Source: Torpedo marmorata (taxonomy: Eukaryota). From it: a stretch of DNA of 64,000 bases. The notes beneath the pieces are model-generated. The model was given only the letters and a program-made list of their open reading frames with translations, searched no databases and had not been told where the DNA came from. The position numbers and the translations under genes were made by a program. The stretch covers positions 26,350,001-26,414,000 of the forward strand of contig OZ360229.1 of the NCBI GenBank assembly GCA_977017645.1. Direction: 5' to 3'. Every line of letters begins with the position of its first letter. Positions within the stretch are counted from its first letter, which is position 1. This document shows positions 47,608 through 61,165 of this stretch, piece by piece.

Positions 47608-48451
47608 CTGCCGGAGGAAAGATGCAAAAATGAGTCAGGAACCAACAGGAGCAAAACTCTTAAGTTGAGTTTCATTCTTGTCCCACTAGCTATGTGGGTT
47701 AAAATTGGGGCCAATTTCAATGTTTGGCACGTCCTAAACTGCTTTCTGTTTGGATGTTATCTGTAATGGCCTGCATTTCATCGTGATTCTCTTTTCCTTC
47801 CTCATAGCCACCCCCACCCATTCCCATCTCATCTCTCTGCTGAAGACACTGAACCATGAAGTTTCCAGACACTAGTCATGATCAGAAGCCTTATTCAAGC
47901 AAACCAACCTTTGAGAGTCTCCACAAGAGGTAGCAACCAATAGAGATTTGCACACAAACAGTGTGCAATGTTAAAAATGTAGCAGCACACCAGGGGAACT
48001 CCTGAGGCTTGATTCAACATTGTCAGTCGTTCAAAGATTTCTGGGACTCCGAGGATATCAGTGTGAAGCCTGGTTAAAGTCTGTCCTGCTGGGCCCTCGC
48101 CCTCAGGCTCCAATTGAGAGTGAACCGATGGCATCAGCCTTGGCCAGTTAGACCTGGTACCAGGAAAATCTCAGGATTGGAAATGTTCCCAGGTACTGTC
48201 AGCAGTAGGGCTAGCATGAGCCCAACAAGTGTGATAATTTAGGCTGTTACTAATTTTGCCAAGATCATTTTCAGGACTTTAAGGCACACTACTAAAACAG
48301 ATGAATGAATTACCATTGATGGTATACAACCATGGTGTGTGTCACAACTGCACATGGTGCCTTTTGCAATTAAGACCAGGGACCATGGTTGCAATTTTGT
48401 TTTTAATTACCACAGTCCCTTTCCAAATTTGCCTTGCATGAGCTCTCTTAC

Positions 48452-48580
48452 CTGACACTGGTGAGGCTTTTCTCCAGTATGTACAAGGTAATGCTTCTGG
48501 AGATGGGCCAACTGCGTGAACGTTTTACTGCAAGTGTGGCAGGAAAAAGGTCTCTCTCCACTGTGGACCCTTAAATGCAC
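48452..48580 (-). CDS. PRDM1: PRDM1-like zinc-finger exon (129 bp)
   Basis: [37 protein letters not shown], with AG/GTAAGA boundaries and phase 0/0. Confidence 0.95.
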
Positions 48581-48819
48581 CTGCAAGGAAAGAAATGGAG
48601 TTACATCACAGACTGTTGGCAGCAGGATCTCATGCTCCATCATAATTGCATTAGTAATAATTGCACCACATATTAACTCTCTTTATAGGAGGGTGACTCA
48701 TTCCTTGAAGATTTCCTATACGTCATAGGCTAAGGCCTGTAAACTGACAGTTCACTACCAAAAGGATACGTGGCATGTACCACATAAAAGAAAGGAAAAA
48801 AATGCATGATAACAGTACT

Positions 48820-49205
48820 TTTCAGGATCTCCCAGAGCCAATTAATCACTTTTGAAGTTTAGTCTCTGTTGCAGTCAGAAATGCAGCAGCTAATTTATGC
48901 ACAGCATGTTTGCAAAAACAACCACATGACAATGACCAGCTTATCTTCATTTCATGATTTTCACTGAGAGATATCAGTGAGGACGCAAAGGACAACACCT
49001 TGCTCTTTGTGAGATCTTTTATATCCACCAAAGCTGGCAGATGGGGTTTCAGGTAAGTGTTTCATTTGAAAAGTGTTTCAGGCAGTGTGACACTCCCTCT
49101 CCAATCCACTGGAGCGTCAGGCTGGCAGACGTGACCAATTGTTTGCAGTGGAACTTGAACTCAAGGCTTTTGGGCACTGAGATAAAAGTGCCACCCAAAT
49201 GAAGC
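48820..49205 (-). mobile_element. Deu-domain-like ancient SINE in the PRDM1-like intron
   Basis: TCACTTTTGAAGTTTAGTC..GCAGCTAATTTATGCACAGCA..GCAGATGGGG core and a tRNA-like head remnant (GGAACTTGAACTC). Confidence 0.55.
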
Positions 49206-51001
49206 AGTGAAGTTACATCCTCCACCTCAAAGATGCAATTATACAGTCACAAAGAATGCTCCAGCAGTCATGTTGTTCCCAGTCCCCTGCTGCTTATCTT
49301 GCTCAACCGTGAAACAATTTATCACTTTTTCAGGTGCAAGTTTGCTAAAGCATGAAGAAAGTTTCTTCCGGACCTGACTGCATCAGGCATACAAAAAACA
49401 TTTACTGAATTTTATTTTTTTCCCCACTGCAGGTATTATAAGATACTTTTATTTACAGCATATTTTTAAAATTATCTTTCTGTGGAGGGTGAATACCATT
49501 GGCGGTATTTAATGTCCACCTTCTGATTATAATGTACTGATGGGCTATCTTCTGGTATGGTTTGCTGACTGTTTGGCTAGTCCAGTGGATAGTTGAGAAT
49601 CAACCTCAATAGTGTGGCACTGGAATGAGATCTAAGACCATATTGGGGAAGGGAGCTCAATGCTACAAGTAGTCTGGGCTTGAGTGCAAGTCTGAGCAAG
49701 TTAATGCAAGTATAATTCCTTCCCCAATTATACAGGCTTTTTTTTTTTTAAAAACCTAAAACCGTTTCAAGGCTACTTTTACAAATAGCAGATTTTTGAA
49801 AACTAACTTTAAATTCAAAAATAACCGCAGCAAGATTTGAAACCACATTGTCTGGCATATTTTTATTTGGGAACTTTTGATTTCATACAGCAGGATGAAC
49901 AAACCTAAAAACACCAAATTCAGCCACATAACAATGATGCCTTTGATTTCGTTGAAAGAACCACACTGGGTTGATTTTAGACTAGCTTCGCCAATAATGT
50001 TTTTGAAGCACATCAAATAACTCAGCATCAATTTCACTGTAGAACTTTAGATTGCCCTGAGATCAGTGTTACTCCAATATGAAACAAAGAAAGAGATCTT
50101 AATCCTTGTACATCTTCTTTCATCAATGAACCCTTTTTTTCCCCCATTTAATCTTATCTGGTTTGCACATTCTACCCTTCTCCATTTTTTTTCTCTGCAT
50201 CTTAACCCCAACTCTAAAACATTTAACTATAACCACTGCCAGTTATGATGATACATCATTGAGCTGAGCCATTAACTCTGCTTCTCTCTTCACATCTGCT
50301 GCTGGACCCTCTCAGTATTTCCAACATTTTGGGTTTTTTTTCCCCCCTCAGGTTTCCACCATATCTACGATTTTCTTTTTGTTTTGAGGTGCCAGAGTCC
50401 TGCACACAACAATTTCTGGGTGAATTTAAAAAAATATATACGAGTGGGCCAATCAGCCCCTCATGTCTGCTACCACTTTCTGCACTAAACCCATTTCCCT
50501 TGATTCCTTAATATCTAAAAGCCAATCAATAAATTGCTTTCTTAAATATACTCAGTGATTGAGATACCAACACTTTCTTGAGGAGAGAATTCCAAACATT
50601 TGGTATTCTCGATGAAGAATTTTCTCATTTCCACCTTAATTTGAAAGTGACCCCTGGTTTTAGATCCAGAGCCAAGGGAATCATCACCTCCCCATTTACC
50701 CTGTCAAACCCCACCAGAAGTTTGTACGTTTCAACAAGGAAGCAATCTATCTTTCTTAATTACCATTAAGAAATTGCCAAAGCTTTTGTGGGCATTTCAG
50801 TACATTTTTCAAATAATTCCTTTCTTGGAAGAGGGAAGGTGGAAACAGCAGCACTCACAGAAGGAGTTACGTGCTTATGCATATCCTACTGATGCTAACA
50901 GTGGGGAAACACAATGGAGCTCAACGTTGTCCTAGCTCGAGTGCAAGTCTGAGCAAGTTAATGCAAGCCTTGCTTGCAGAAAGACTGTAAAGAATGCTTA
51001 C

Positions 51002-52038
51002 TTTTAGGTTAGACAGTTGACCGAAAGTCTTGGAACACACGTTGCAGTCGTACTTGATCTTCCCATTCTGCTTCTTTAGTGGATAGGGGAGTGACTTAAA
51101 ACCAGGGAAATCTGCAGAAGTCTTTGGTTTGCTCAAATTCATTGCCTCTTCGCTCCCCGGAACCCATGAGGTAGCTTTCAGCTGCATTGGCAGTTCGGAG
51201 TTTATTAAGGTGCCTGAAGGAAGTGGCTGGGTGAGAGATGTTTCCTTCAGGCCAACCCCTGGAGCCATGGGCGAGAAGGCGCTGGTGGGAGCAGGGATAA
51301 GAACTCCCCGTGGCTGCTCAGGGACATGACACTTATGGCCCTCTTCTGCAGGCAGCATGACAGGCAACACATTCGGACTCATCATGGGATATGAGAGGCA
51401 GTCCCTGGCAGCAAAACCGCCACAAACTGGGGGCATCCTGCCAAACAGGCTGAGGTTGTTCAAAGTGGCTGGGCTGTTCATTGGGTGAAGGCCGCTAAAT
51501 CCAGGTGAAGAGTTGGGGAGTATAAATCTTGCATAGTGAGAAGGCAGAGCACTGTACGGATACATGTATTGATGCTGGAGGTGGCCTGGAGACGGGTACA
51601 TGGGATAGGAAACCAAGTCCTCAGCGCGGCTGTGATATCCATTCAACGGTAGGGGGAATTTATTGGGAGGTGAGGTAGTTGAGTTGGGAGACAGAATCCA
51701 AGGGGGTTGTTGAATAACTGAACTTTTGGATCTTTGGTTTGAACTGTTTCTGTCCAGTGGTCTTTCAACATCCTTATCATCATTGATCCTTGAACCGTTT
51801 CTGACCGGCACAGATCTGCTCATTACATCTGGGTGAAGTTTTTTACTGAAGTCCATTATTTGGTTATCTGGAGTGATGGGCGGGGTATCTCTTTCGATAT
51901 ACTCTACGTCCACCTTTTCTTCCTCATTCTTTGTGTTGTTAGCATTGAGTTTTTGGCTTTCGTGAATATAATCTTGGTTGTGAGGTAGCTGGCCAGTGTA
52001 TTCAGGCACCAGATCATTGTATCCCTTGAGATTTTGTC
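51002..52038 (-). CDS. PRDM1: PRDM1-like large exon (Pro/Ser-rich region to ZF1)
   Basis: Open for 1037 bp, phase 1 to 0. Contains LIPAPTSAFS, EEAMNLSK and LPYPLKKQNGKIKYDCNVCSKTFGQLSNLK; TTTCCAG acceptor and GTAAGC donor. Confidence 0.95.
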
Positions 52039-53536
52039 CTGGAAAGACAAATTGGATAGTTAATCGGGGGAAGGATAAACAGAAACAACACAGACTAATG
52101 AAGGGTGGTGGAATGATGAGTCACAATACTCAGTGCAAGATAAACAAGCAACACTGAAACATTGTGTCAAGGAGAGGAGGTATCAGAGATGTAATAATTT
52201 ACTGAAATTGTGCTCTAATTCCAAGTCACTCTGGGCTAATGGCTAACCAAAAAAATCATGGCTTTCCGAGCCTTACCATGCGATCTAGGCCAACGCTTCA
52301 CCACAGTGTACAAATTGAGCCATCATACTTCAGCTCAAATAGATCTAATAGATTTTGTGATCATCGTTGTGAGAAAATGCCAAAAGTTCACCCCCCACCC
52401 ATGACCAGACAAAACTTATCTGAACCAAAAACACCAAAAGCAGATTTATGTTAACTCATTGCTATTTTGGAGTCCTACTGTGCACAAAAAAAATGTCTGC
52501 CATGTTTCTGACAACAAAACAGTGACTTCACTTGAAAAAGAGATAAAAGATCATAAAAAGTGCTGCCACAATAGGGGTAGAGGAGCAATGGAGAAAAAAG
52601 AACTTTACATTCATGGATTGTTAGGTAAAGCAAATATGAAGAATTGAAGGTGGTTTTTAAAGTCTTTCTGGCTTCCTGAACTGTTGGACAAGTTTTTTTT
52701 TTGTATTTCCCAGTGACTGGGGGAATTGACAATACTGAGAACACACGGACACTAATAGTATGGGGAGAGAAACAAAACGGAAAGTAAATAAAAATCATGC
52801 GCGGTGAATTATTAAAGCATTTCCCCACTTTTGATGGATGACGTTTCTATTGCCTTTAGTACATGTTCGTGCTCTGGTTAGCTCGGAATGTTTAAAAGCC
52901 ACTTGAAACACATGGATGGGGCTGGTGTATTGAGTCCAGCTTCAGAGATGACTGGGAGACGTGTAGGAAGACTGGAACAGTGCCCAGCTTTTTGAGACAG
53001 GATGGGATGGATAGTTGGTGGGTTTAGGCACACAAAGGGTTACATTAACTCAGAGTTTAGCAGAACTGCTGGAGTAAAAGTGCATGTGCTAAAAGATTAA
53101 CCAAAGATGAGCCTCCTGATAGGAGGCAAGACACACTGAACTAGAGTTCCTCTTTCACTGGCCAAATCATTTCTGAAGAAACTTAAGTGGGCGGACTCTT
53201 AGTGCAAGGTGCTCACGACTGTGGGGAGATCGCAGTCATTCTGAATTTTGCTGAATCATACAATGATACTGTGGAATTATGTGCCTGAAGTCAGCAAATC
53301 TAGTGAGACAGAAAGCACCAATACTGCTTTACTTTAGAAATGAGTAAGAAACCATATTAACGGAGTTATTGACTTTTATTCCTCCTCCTCTCCACTGACA
53401 TAATGGATGCAATTTTTATTTAATATATTTTGCGTAAATTGGTTCAGAGACATGACTTTAGTAAAATGGCATCCTTACAACAGCTGCTTCAGTTCAAAGG
53501 GCTCTTGATTAGCTGTAAAATACTGTAGTGCATTTC

Positions 53537-53610
53537 CAGAATCAGAATTTATTGTCATGAACAAGTCATGAATTTCGGTGTTTTGCAGCAGCATCATAGT
53601 GCAATTAACA
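53537..53610 (-). mobile_element. Very short Rex1 tail insertion
   Basis: CAGAATCAGAATTTATTGTCATGAACAAG.. matches the tails at 679 and 7432 and is flanked by CATTTC on both sides. Confidence 0.85.
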
Positions 53611-53908
53611 TTTCACAGTCTTTAGATACAAGCCGTTTTTCCTGTTTGCTATTTTAACAAGTATACCATCCTGTTTACCACCATGGCCATTGGAGGAAAG
53701 TTATTTGCAGCCTGTGGCTGCCCTTCAGATCTAGCGCATGACTTTAAACTGCAATGTTTTAACTTGGCCTCTTTCATTGCTCTCTCCTGCACTGTCATTG
53801 AATGTTATGGTTAAGGACTTCACTGCAATTCCCCATCCACCAAACCATTGGCTTCTTCCACAGATAGTAGGTGGTAATTGATCCACCAGACAACATGGCA
53901 CTAACCAG

Positions 53909-54217
53909 TAGAACATAGAACACTACAGGCCCTTCAGCTCTCGATGTTGTGCCACCCTATATATTCCTACCTGAAAAAAAACCCTTCCTAGCTCGTAACC
54001 CTATTTTTCTTTCATCCAGAATCAGAATTTATTGTCATGAACAAGTCATGAAATTCAGTGTTTTGTGCCTGTCTAAGAGTCTTTTAAATGTCCCTAATGT
54101 TTCAGCCTCCACCACCACCCCTGGCAAGGCATTCCAGGCACCCACAACTCTGTGTAAAAAAAAACTTACAGCTGATGTCTCCCCTAAACTTTCCTCACTT
54201 CACTTTGTACAGATGTC
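53909..54217 (-). mobile_element. CR1 3' tail with a ~48-bp Rex1 tail nested at ~54017-54064
   Basis: Matches 4211-4485 except for the inserted CAGAATCAGAATTTATTG..GTGTTT. Confidence 0.85.
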
Positions 54218-54641
54218 AGTATTGTGCAGGATTCATTGCAATCATGGTCTCAGCACATAGCCTCCTTCCTGATAGCAACAGGATACATCCAATATTGCAA
54301 AACTCTGTCTCTCAAACGACACTGGTCCAGCTTTATACCACATTCTGAAGGGGACAGATTCCTCAGCAGAGTAACATCAACCATGCAGTAGGGTTAGGCA
54401 TTGCATTCCCGATCACAAGAATGGTGCCTCTGATTTTTTGCCATTTACTTTTAAATCTGTTTTAATGTCTGGTTACTATTCTTCACGCCACTCAAAACGG
54501 TTTCACTTTTTCTCTATAAGAAACCAGTACTCTTACCTGGTTAAAGTTGCAATCCCATATTACACCCTCCGACTATCATGCCAACCTAACAACAACTCAA
54601 AACAGCTTTAGAATAGATGGCAGTGACATCAACTCCATATA

Positions 54642-54871
54642 GGGCGGCACGGTTAATGTAGCAGTTAGCGCAACGTTATTACAGCACCGGCAATCAGGAC
54701 CTGGGTTCAAATCCTGCGTTGTCTGTAAGGAGTTTGTACGTTCTCCCTGTGTCTGCTCTGGGTTCTTCAGTTTCCTCCCAACGTTCAAAATGTACTGGAA
54801 GTTGTAGGTCAATTGGGTAGCAGGGGCTCGTAGGTTGAAAGGGCCTGTTACCGTGCTGTATGTCTAAATTT
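54642..54871 (+). mobile_element. HE1-like V-SINE
   Basis: Head, V-domain and tail GGCCTGTTACCGTGCTGTATGTCTAAATT. Confidence 0.88.
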
Positions 54872-55786
54872 AACATTTATATTATCCATGAGCTAGCCAC
54901 TCATTGCCCCATCACAAGATTCATTTCTTTCGAAGTGTGTCAGGCTGCAATTGACGTGAGCAAATTGCTCATTGCAAGTCAAACAATACCCAGCTAAAGA
55001 TCAATAGTTTCAACATCGGAATGCTGAAGGGCAACTACTGCAGTTCCAGGCATTTCCTTCTGTGATATGTTTATCATAGCCTATACCAGGCTACACCTTA
55101 ATCTAACTACATATACAGATTTGTATTGAGTAACATTTATCTGTCAGGCATATGCTGGTTGCCTTAACCCAGACACCCATCTTCAAGTAAGAGAGCCAAA
55201 GAAAGATACAACCCACCAAATTTCCTCAGACAATCAAGCACCCATTTACTTTAATCCCACTAAATATAATTTTATTTTCTCAAAAAATCTGTGTAGGTTG
55301 GCGGTTTAATTGGTAGTCAATTAATCTACCAACCTGCAGGACTTTGGGATATGGGAGGTAAGCGGAGCTCTGGGAGGTAACCCATGTAATCGACGGAGAA
55401 CTCCAAATCCGTCGGTATACAGTATCAGTGTTACATTCTGATCCCAACTTTCAAATTCTTTCCTGCTCCCAATGACTGGAAACGTCTCCAACCCTCAATA
55501 TTCCAGACTTCTCCAAATTATTCCTGCTGGATATCCTAGTTTAACTTCATCATTCTTGTTTCTACTTTTAGTGAATAAGTCAAACTTCAGAATTTTCTCC
55601 CTAAACCATTTCAGCTCTCTTTCCACCTTGAAAGTGGAGCATAAAACCTGCCTGTTTCAATAAACCTTTGGTCACCTGTCCATCAGTGTCAACTTTTGTC
55701 TGAATACGCAGTTGTTTTATTTTAAAAAACTATAAAGTAGTAGTTTTATAATTGCTATATAAAGCAATTTTAGAAATTCAAATTAT

Positions 55787-56400
55787 TGTGGTAATAAATA
55801 CGTGGGATTAATTTTGACAAGTGTAATGGATCTGTGTTAATATTAATATTTAGGTTAATGTTAAGCTGTATTTCCTGTAAATATGTTTTAGTTAATGTAA
55901 TGGGTTTGGAACAGGGTTACACACACACCCATACAATACATTCAGAAGTGAGGTCATCTTTCGGAGTCGTGACATCTGCAAGACAGAGTTATGAAGGTCA
56001 CATGGTTTCCAAGAAACTGGAGCTGGCAACTGTAAAGATTCCAGTAAGTGGTCACATGGTTTCCAGAAATTAAGACTGATCTCATTGATGATGTAATGTC
56101 ACATGATTTTGAGGAATATATTGTCAAATTCAGACATTTTGAGTCAGTTCAGAAGTCGAGACCCTGTGAGACAACACAGGCGTTGGACCTTTGTAAAAGG
56201 ACAGAGTGGAATTACAGTAACCGGAACAGGTCCTGTTATGTGTTACTCCTAATAAAAGGGGAATACAGAAATAAGTGGATTTCGAAAGGGAGACCACTTC
56301 CCGACTGCTCTTTTGAAAATAAAGGGTGCAGCCTCATCGTGGAAAGAAACTCCATAACTCTTAAGAGGGAGTTAAAGATCACCAGTGTGAGAGTTTAAGA
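55787..56400 (+). mobile_element. Possible LTR fragment
   Basis: TG start and an internal repeat GGTCACATGGTTTCCA x2. No matching end or TSD was found. Confidence 0.3.
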
Positions 56401-57814
56401 AGAACTCTCTTCCTGGAAAACAGCTCAACAAGATTTGTGAGTTTGAAAAGTCTAATGACTGAATCAATGTTAACAAATACTTCATTACTGCTTTTAAGCA
56501 ACAATTCAAAAGTACAAGATGCATAAAGATGTAATAAATTGCTAAATATTCAAAACTTGCTGATGTTTGGTACTTGTGTCTCTGCCTATCTCCTACTTGC
56601 ATCGTCCAATACTCCTATGCTTGTATACCGATAATATCTCCCAGTTCATGAATAAAATAATTTAAAAACTCAGTTTTTCAAAGTTGCACATGATTCTGGC
56701 CTCCCTCCTATTTCTGTAACCTCTTCCACTCTTACAGTCATCCATTAACTCAATTTTATTTCAGATCTTTCCTCTTACAAAGTGCCAGCTCCTTTGTACC
56801 ACTTTTGGAATTTTATGAATTGCTGTTAAGCTTTGTTTCTAAACCTCTTTCACTGTGTTTCTCTCCATTTAATACATGTTGGCTCCTTAATATGTCCCCT
56901 AAGAGATCTGGGATGTCATCATTATACTTGACATTGATATTATTTTGAGATGTCTTAAATGTACTGTATGCTATCATAAGCACAGATGTGTTGTAATTAC
57001 ATTCATAAAAAAGCCCTTGCAATGCAAAGAAGAAAGTTTATTTTCAAGGTAGTGGAAAAGGCAATTGAAGAAATATTTTACTAATCTATCCCTCCTCACT
57101 CTGAATCCTGCATCTCAATGAAATTAATTTCCTTTGGGGCAGGAATTGGTGGGTATGTGAAACTGAATAAATAGGCATCTTGAGTTCTAGAGGAGAGGGT
57201 GCTCATTTCACAGTTGAAAGTGTTGAATCACAGAAAACAGTTGACAACCTGCGGCCATTTCACCTCTGAAAATAAGGCATAATATTTGCATTGTTAGTAA
57301 TTTTCACCTTCTCCCTCCTGCCACTCAGTCCAGTTTCACTAAATTCAAACTGAAACAGAAAGTCGAGTTAAATATCAGTCAGTCGGATCCACATCATTAC
57401 AGAATCCAAAAACCAGGTGAGGTTTTCATTGACTCAAATATTGACTGTTTAATAAACGGCAGCGTAATGCTGAGAGGAAAATCAATGCAAAGGTCAACTT
57501 GATTAGACTGAAGCTAAGCGCCCTCTGTTTACGTGGGATTTGTAGAGTTGATGACAGTTGATTATAGCTCTACAGATATTAATAGAAGGGTGTGAGAAGT
57601 GAACTGTTTTATTTATAAAAACTGATTTTCACTCTCCTTCCACCTGACCCTGCACCACCACCTCATGCTTCAACCATACTGAGCAATGTTTCTCCTGTTC
57701 CCTCTTCCAGTTATCAAGATCTTGTCACTTAATAGTTTAACATTTGTGCATCAAATCTTATTTGGCAATAGCTTCTTCCAAATATCCTCTCTCACAACCT
57801 CAGGTTGATAAATG

Positions 57815-58150
57815 GTTTGCACTTTTATGGCGTCTTTATCATCTCAGGACATCCCAAAGTACTTCATAGACAATGGAGTGCTTTAGGAGTGCTGTTCTAT
57901 GAGAGAAAATACGGGAGTTAATTTGCACGCAGCAAACTTCTAACAAAACCAATGTGATAATCTGATATTTATGACGTTGATTGAGAGATAAATACTGATA
58001 AGTGGCAGAGCAAACTCTTCTGCCCTTTTAATGCTGTTGAATTTCTTTCTTCCGAAGGCAGGCAGGCCCTCAGTTTTACAGCTCATCTGAAAAAACTTAT
58101 GGGATACTTTCAGTTCGAAGTGTAGTGCATAGTTCATCAGAATGGGACCT
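57815..58150 (-). mobile_element. Deu-domain-like ancient SINE
   Basis: CAGGACATCCCAAAGTACTTCA..TAATTTGCACGCAGCAA..GGCCCTCAGTTTTACAGCTCATCTGAAA. Confidence 0.55.
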
Positions 58151-58372
58151 GTTTGTGGTGAAGTGCTAGAATTAAATATAATATCTACCTTGCAACATAA
58201 TCCAGTTTATCTTCAACACTTCAGTTTTCAAATGATGGATATCATTGTGTAACAAAATACAAATTAGCCTGTTTATAAATGGCAAACCACCAAAAGTTCA
58301 TAACCAACAGAGTCCAAGAATGCGACATTGTGAAAGAATAGTGACTCACACTCATAAGTGAACATGACTTGT

Positions 58373-58678
58373 GTTACGAACTAACAAGCCCTTTCTAGCA
58401 CTAACACAGGAACAGCAATGGAAGATGCACCAGACAGTGGGAAATTCAAAATAATAGTTTTTATTAAACTATTAATCACATAACATTTCTTACTTAACTC
58501 TAAACTTACTTAACTCTAAGCTTAACCCCACTATGCGCGAATGTAATTGTGTAAGTGTGTGTGTGGTCAGATTTCAAACCATTACAGTTTAAAACTCAAT
58601 TCTGGAAAGTCAGTTTTAAAGTCCAGTATTTTAAAGTCTTGTTGAATTTGAAGGTCTTTTAAATTGTAGTTCAGAAGT
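58373..58678 (-). mobile_element. Possible LTR 3'-end fragment
   Basis: TGTTACGA terminus with a minus-strand AATAAA ~90 bp inside. Confidence 0.35.
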
Positions 58679-61051
58679 GATTATTATGTGCTGTGTACCG
58701 TGGTCCAGAGAAACACTGTTTCATCTAGTTGTACGTGTACAATCATACGTAATAAACTTAAACTTTATCTTTGTGTTCAGCTTGAAGTTGTCTGTCATAA
58801 TCCCCACTTACTACACTGGACAACAAAAATCTTGCTTCCTGAACACTTTTGAGTGTATTTTATGGATTTTGGGCTGCTGATCATGAAAATCACCTTAACA
58901 TTTTCCTATCACATACTGTTTTTTAGATGTAACCTATTTTTGTGATTTCCTGTCATATTTTAAGTCTACTTCAAGCTTACAAAACCATGAAGTTTAACAT
59001 GTAATTGAAAATTCCAATTTTTATTCAGGAAGCAAACCTTCTGAAAATAATTTGTTGTCCAGTGCTATCGACATGGAAACATTGACCAGCAGAAGCAATG
59101 ACCAATGACTGCGAGATTGACTGGTTTTCCCTACTCTCCAATGCAGGACAAGATGCAGTGACACAGATAAGTAGTCAGCTATTTTTTTTACTTTTCTATT
59201 TATTTATTTATTTTTTATAATAATAAAAAAAAAAACCTGCGTCTCTCTGCAACAGTGATGAGACCATGATATTGAGAGAGCAAGTACAGGCTTACTAAAA
59301 CCCCAGAGTAGGGAGAGAAGTAGCAGAAAAAAAAAACTTTTCAATTTGTGGCTGCAACACATAATAAAAACCTGTTCAGCAGGGCTAACACTTGTCAACC
59401 CACAGCAGTAGCCAACAAAGAATTGCTGCTCATTAATCAACCAGCAGTAACAAGGCCCCAACTGCAAAAGTGATATTATACAAGAGGATGCTGAGCCAGG
59501 ATGAAGTTACTGCTCTGTGATCAACTTTTACAAAATAAATCTAAACAGCCTGTATTAGAGGGAAATTCTCCTGCATACTGTGGGTAAACCAGACCAACAG
59601 ACAAATGAACATACCTGCATACATCCATGTACCCTCATGCACAGATATTCATATGCAAATGTGCTTACAATGCATACATACTAAAGCACATACCAATGCG
59701 TACATACTTACATGTACACAAACACATTCAACCCGAAATACACAAAGGCACCAGACACAGGCTTCTTCATCCTTTGTTTCAATCAGTTGTTCATCTTTAC
59801 TCTTGATCTTGTTTTAAACACCCACATTCACCTGTGAACCAACCAAATCCTTACCCTCGTCACATGCACTCGCTTTCTCACCTATCCCCTGTCTCTCTGC
59901 GTTTGTATATTCAATGTAAAAATCTACCCACGTTTCGATTTATTTTTTACAAATGAATGCCCAAATCCTTTGAGAGATACTGGACAGCACGAGGCATACC
60001 AGCCAGGTTCTGTTTTAAGGTTCCGGAAGCATTCTTGGATAATTTCTACATGACGTCCTCACTTCAACACTCCAAGATATCACAACTGCAAACCTGAATC
60101 CTATTCAAACATACCACAGACCCATTAACTGAACACACAAAAAAAATTCAGGATATATTTCAAAACGTATAGCAAGTGAAAAAATAAAATAAAAAAGTCA
60201 TGGAAAAACAAAGCTTTATAATTTTCATAAATCTTAGCCCCAACTGCACCTTCTAATCTCACCTCTTAAAAACAATCAATTCTCACCCACGTCTTTGAAG
60301 TGTTTAAAAGGCACAACCCAGACTACAGCTGCAGATTAAAATACAAAGGAGAACTGTTTGAAAGTGTAAATTATTTCTCTTAAAAGATTTATCTCACTAA
60401 CCACATCTCAAGTTAAAATAAAAGGAATTACCAGACAGATCTCCCTTTTGTATCAGGGTTTCACTGAATACCAGCTTTGAAAAAGAGGACATTTGAAACT
60501 TTTGGCAATCTCCCTGTGACATCCACCTTTCAGATTTTAGGTCCAACATTTTTTTCCCTCAAGAGGTGAGAGTGATTGAACCTTTGACTGCTGAACTTTA
60601 AATGGAACCTGTCTTTTCTTTATACTGAGCTCATACAGAGTTCAGTGAAAAGTTCTGGATCAAACAGGCTGATATCGCCCCATCCCAACTGCCCTAATGC
60701 CTCTGTTGGGCTATGGGTTTGGGTCAACGAATCGGAAGCTTTTGAGTAAAGCGGGACGGAGTGATGATGGAGCAGGAGAGTTAATAGGAGGCACAATATC
60801 CCAAATTAAATTTTCGTTGAGTTAATGTAACTCTTGGCACTGCCCGCACCGGCCCCAAATCCAAATGTCTCAATACCCCAACATGGGCAAATGTGTCCGA
60901 ATTGGCTGGGTTAAACATTTAAGCCATGCGCAGTCGCCGGAGTTACTAAAGGAGCAACTACGAGTGATCCGGAATGTTGTTCCTTTCCTGTGATATCTGC
61001 CGTGACCCGCTGCTCCCACTGGCGACGGCCAGTTACTGCCACTCGCGTCCC

Positions 61052-61165
61052 CTGTTGTTGAATTTGCTTTCATTTCTAGCTGCGGCTACGAAAATGCTAA
61101 CAGATCAGCTGTTGTTGAATTTGCTTTCATTTCTAGCTGCGGCTACGAAAATGCTAGCAGATCAG
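61052..61165. repeat. 57-bp tandem duplication in a CpG-rich intronic region
   Basis: CTGTTGTTGAATTTGCTTTCATTTCTAGCTGCGGCTACGAAAATGCTA(A/G)CAGATCAG occurs twice with one mismatch. Confidence 0.95.
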
